Origin: Terriglobales bacterium
GTDB taxonomy: Bacteria; Acidobacteriota; Terriglobia; Terriglobales; Acidobacteriaceae
Reading direction: 5' to 3'
DNA: 64,000 nucleotides
NCBI GenBank assembly: GCA_025451215.1
Contig: JANWKU010000021.1
Coordinates: forward strand, 5,075 to 69,074
Shown here: positions 63,753 through 64,000 of the stretch, piece by piece
Layout: each line of letters opens with the position of its first letter
Position numbering within the stretch: the stretch's first letter is position 1
The notes under the pieces: model-generated
Database searches by the model: none
Told to the model about the DNA's origin: nothing
Seen by the model: only the letters and a program-made list of their open reading frames with translations
Made by a program: the position numbers and the translations under genes

Positions 63753-64000
63753 TTATTGCTGTTCGCTGACGGATTTGATCCCGGCTTCGGTCGGCTTTTC
63801 CAGGAAGAAGTTGTGATCGTAGAGCGCGCGATACATGCGGCCTGCGATCTCCGCAGCCTTCGGTCCGAACGTGGGACGGCCGCCTTCGAGGAAGATGACC
63901 ACTACGATGCGTCCGGCATTGGTGTTGGCGTAGGAGGCAAACCAGCCGTAACGGGTGCCTTCATGCGAGCAGGTACCGGTCTTGCCAAGGATCTGCTCTT
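63753..64000 (-). CDS. penicillin-binding (transpeptidase-domain) protein, C-terminal part only; gene continues beyond the window
   Basis: My own translation of the minus strand: EQILGKTGTCSHEGTRYGWFASYANTNAGRIVVVIFLEGGRPTFGPKAAEIAGRMYRALYDHNFFLEKPTEAGIKSVSEQQ*. It has the KTG(T) box and GWF motif of penicilloyl-serine transferases. It is absent from the ORF track because the start lies outside the window. Confidence 0.7.
   Translation of the reverse strand, partial: EQILGKTGTCSHEGTRYGWFASYANTNAGRIVVVIFLEGGRPTFGPKAAEIAGRMYRALYDHNFFLEKPTEAGIKSVSEQQ

Overview
This 64-kb chromosomal segment looks like Acidobacteriota (Terriglobia-type) DNA. That inference rests only on gene content: a CarboxypepD_reg-type TonB-dependent receptor, TIGR03436-like 'acidobacterial' VWA proteins, a GWxTD protein, and many TPR and secreted proteins. 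No database search was possible, and every functional call comes from motifs read by eye in the supplied translations.

I support about 45 protein genes, one tRNA-Lys(CTT), several hairpin terminators and a few short repeats. I found no rRNA, CRISPR array or intact mobile element.

Layout:
- 1-2 kb: degraded accessory DNA with a REP/MITE-like inverted repeat, a YD/RHS fragment and a possibly frameshifted gene.
- 2-5.9 kb: a 1297-aa TonB-dependent receptor.
- 6.2-19.9 kb: an all-secreted block with four TPR proteins, a seven-haem cytochrome c, a CRTAC1/ASPIC-UnbV propeller, two large paralogous VWA proteins and a CarboxypepD_reg-TPR protein.
- About 20.0-20.2 kb: a serine-recombinase relic.
- 20.2-29.5 kb: alpha-glucan hydrolases (GH13, GH63-like, amylo-alpha-1,6-glucosidase), interleaved with an outer-membrane (OM) channel and a SYLF protein.
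- 30.2-34.2 kb: a four-gene operon of unknown protein, DyP-like peroxidase, unknown protein and OM channel.
- 34.4-39.5 kb: DUF4239, then OM barrel-DUF3300-DUF2950, then an OmpA-family protein.
- 39.5-49.8 kb: an eight-gene same-strand array with three porins plus signal-peptide-bearing glutaminase, asparaginase II, aspartase and an amidohydrolase.
- 50-54 kb: two unknown membrane proteins and tRNA-Lys.
- 54-64 kb: envelope genes (CarboxypepD_reg barrel, GWxTD, orphan ABC ATPase, REC-PilZ, GNAT, O-antigen-ligase-like, the end of a PBP gene).

The best candidates for an undescribed system are the cytochrome/CRTAC1/VWA/TPR block, the porin-plus-exported-deamidase/aspartase array, and the DyP-centred operon. 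All three are hypotheses.
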